Of a stretch of DNA of 64,000 nucleotides, positions 62,636 through 64,000 are shown one piece after another. Positions within the stretch are counted from its first letter, which is position 1, and the number at the start of each line of letters is the position of its first letter. The DNA comes from Pelagibacteraceae bacterium AG-461-B04. Its GTDB lineage: Bacteria > Pseudomonadota > Alphaproteobacteria > Pelagibacterales > AG-422-B15. A model generated the notes under the pieces. It had not been told where the DNA came from and did not search any database. It saw only the letters and a program-made list of their open reading frames with translations. The position numbers were made by a program, and so were the translations under genes. The stretch is from NCBI GenBank assembly GCA_003211835.1, contig QCRN01000001.1:3134-67133 (forward strand), written 5' to 3'.

Positions 62636-64000
62636 TTAATTATCTTTATGAATTTTATCTGATATTAAATTAATAACTGTTTCTGCAGACTCAATAATAT
62701 TTGAACCAGGACCAAAAATAGCTGAAATATTATTTTCATATAAAAAATCGTAATCTTGCTCAGGTATAACTCCACCAACAAAAACAACTATTTTAGACTT
62801 AGGATCCATCTCTTTTAAGCTTTTCATGAGCTCTGGCACAAGAGTTTTGTGTCCCGCAGCAAGTGTTGAAACACCTATTGCATGTACATCATTTTCTATA
62901 GCATCTTTTGCTACATCTCTTGGAGATTGAAATAGAGGACCCATATCAACATCAAATCCCATATCTGCAAATGATGTAGCAACAATCTTTGCTCCTCTAT
63001 CGTGACCGTCTTGACCCATCTTGACTATCAAAACTCTGGGTCTTCGTCCATTTTCTTCCTCAAACGTATTTACTTTTTCTGCTACATTCATAAAATCCTC
63101 ATCACCTTCAAAATGTTTCCCATACACTCCTGAGACACTTAAAGACGTTGCAAAGTGTCTTCCGTATACTTGCTCTAGCGCCTTTGACACTTCTCCAACT
63201 GTTGCTCTGTTTTTTATAGCATCAATCGAGCAAGCTAACAAATTACTATCCTCTTTGGCTGCTGTTACTAATTTTACTAATGATTCATCGACTGCCTTTT
63301 GATCTCTAGAAGCTTTAATATCATTAATCTTTTTTATTTGATCATCTCTGACTCTATTATTGTCAATTACCCTTACATCAACCTTAGGCTCTTTTGGATT
63401 TTTAAACTTATTTACCCCTACGACAACTCTTGAACCACTATCAACTTTAGCTTGTTTTTTAGTAGCAGATTCTTCAATTTTTAATTTGGGTACACCTGCT
63501 TTTACAGCTTTTGTCATCCCTCCAAGAGACTCTATCTCTTCGATAATCTCCCAAGCTTTTTTTGATAGTTCGTCAGTAAGACTTTCTATAAAATATGAAC
63601 CTGCTAATGGATCTACAGTATTCGTAACACCAGTTTCATTTTGAAGAATAAGCTGCGTATTTCTAGCTATTCGAGCAGATTCATCGGTAGGAAGAGCAAT
63701 TGCTTCATCGAATGAATTGGTGTGTAAACTTTGTGTTCCTCCCAAAATTGCAGAAAGGGCCTCATAAGATGTCCTAATGATATTATTATAAGGATCCTTT
63801 TCAGTCAGTGATACTCCAGAAGTTTGACAGTGTGTTCTGAGAATCATGGACTTTTCATTTTTTGCTCCAAAATCTCTCATTATTTTATACCACAATGTCC
63901 TAGCTGCTCTGAGTTTTGCGATCTCCATGAAGAAATCAGTTCCAATAGCAAAAAAGAATGAAAGACGTGGAGCAAAGTCATCAATATCTAGCCCTTTTGA
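62636..64000 (-). CDS. methylmalonyl-CoA mutase, cobalamin-dependent (N-terminus outside window)
   Basis: The frame stays open to base 64000 ('..[22 protein letters not shown]'). 'HCQTSG', and the C-terminal B12-binding domain '[25 protein letters not shown]' (DxHxxG). Confidence 0.93.
   Translation of the reverse strand, partial: SKGLDIDDFAPRLSFFFAIGTDFFMEIAKLRAARTLWYKIMRDFGAKNEKSMILRTHCQTSGVSLTEKDPYNNIIRTSYEALSAILGGTQSLHTNSFDEAIALPTDESARIARNTQLILQNETGVTNTVDPLAGSYFIESLTDELSKKAWEIIEEIESLGGMTKAVKAGVPKLKIEESATKKQAKVDSGSRVVVGVNKFKNPKEPKVDVRVIDNNRVRDDQIKKINDIKASRDQKAVDESLVKLVTAAKEDSNLLACSIDAIKNRATVGEVSKALEQVYGRHFATSLSVSGVYGKHFEGDEDFMNVAEKVNTFEEENGRRPRVLIVKMGQDGHDRGAKIVATSFADMGFDVDMGPLFQSPRDVAKDAIENDVHAIGVSTLAAGHKTLVPELMKSLKEMDPKSKIVVFVGGVIPEQDYDFLYENNISAIFGPGSNIIESAETVINLISDKIHKDN

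Overview
This is a very AT-rich (judged by eye, not computed), tightly packed bacterial chromosome segment with alphaproteobacterial gene content and synteny. It is most consistent with a streamlined marine SAR11/Pelagibacterales-like genome, but that taxonomic call is inference. The window has three parts. (i) 1 to ~31.9 kb is a cell-surface glycosylation island of about 32 genes. It encodes nucleotide-sugar kinases and nucleotidyltransferases, many SDR epimerase/dehydratases, two DegT aminotransferases, an N-acetyltransferase, a formyltransferase-fold protein, a class-B radical SAM enzyme, GT2/GT1-like transferases and three large polytopic membrane proteins. An initiator tRNA-Met sits inside it at 18.8 kb. 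(ii) 32.05 to 36.9 kb is a complete rrn operon on the minus strand (16S, tRNA-Ile, tRNA-Ala, 23S, 5S) with recognisable processing stems. (iii) 37.3 to 64 kb holds conserved housekeeping genes: M23 peptidase, prmC-prfA-ispG, lysC, ubiG, grx, mutT-argJ, secA, accA, malyl-CoA lyase, xerD, aroK-aroB, corC, bolA, J-domain protein, cobS-cobT, rpmB, and meaB plus methylmalonyl-CoA mutase. I saw no CRISPR array, transposase, phage integrase or recognisable defence genes. The most interesting signals are: the island lies between the 5S rRNA and the tRNA-fMet that normally closes alphaproteobacterial rrn operons; an Arn-like lipid-carrier aminosugar module; a translationally coupled operon combining GatZ-like, KdsC-like, cupin and nucleotidyltransferase-kinase fusion proteins; and a radical SAM enzyme with CX3CX3C cysteine spacing. 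All functions were assigned from motifs read by eye in the ORF translations. No database search was run.
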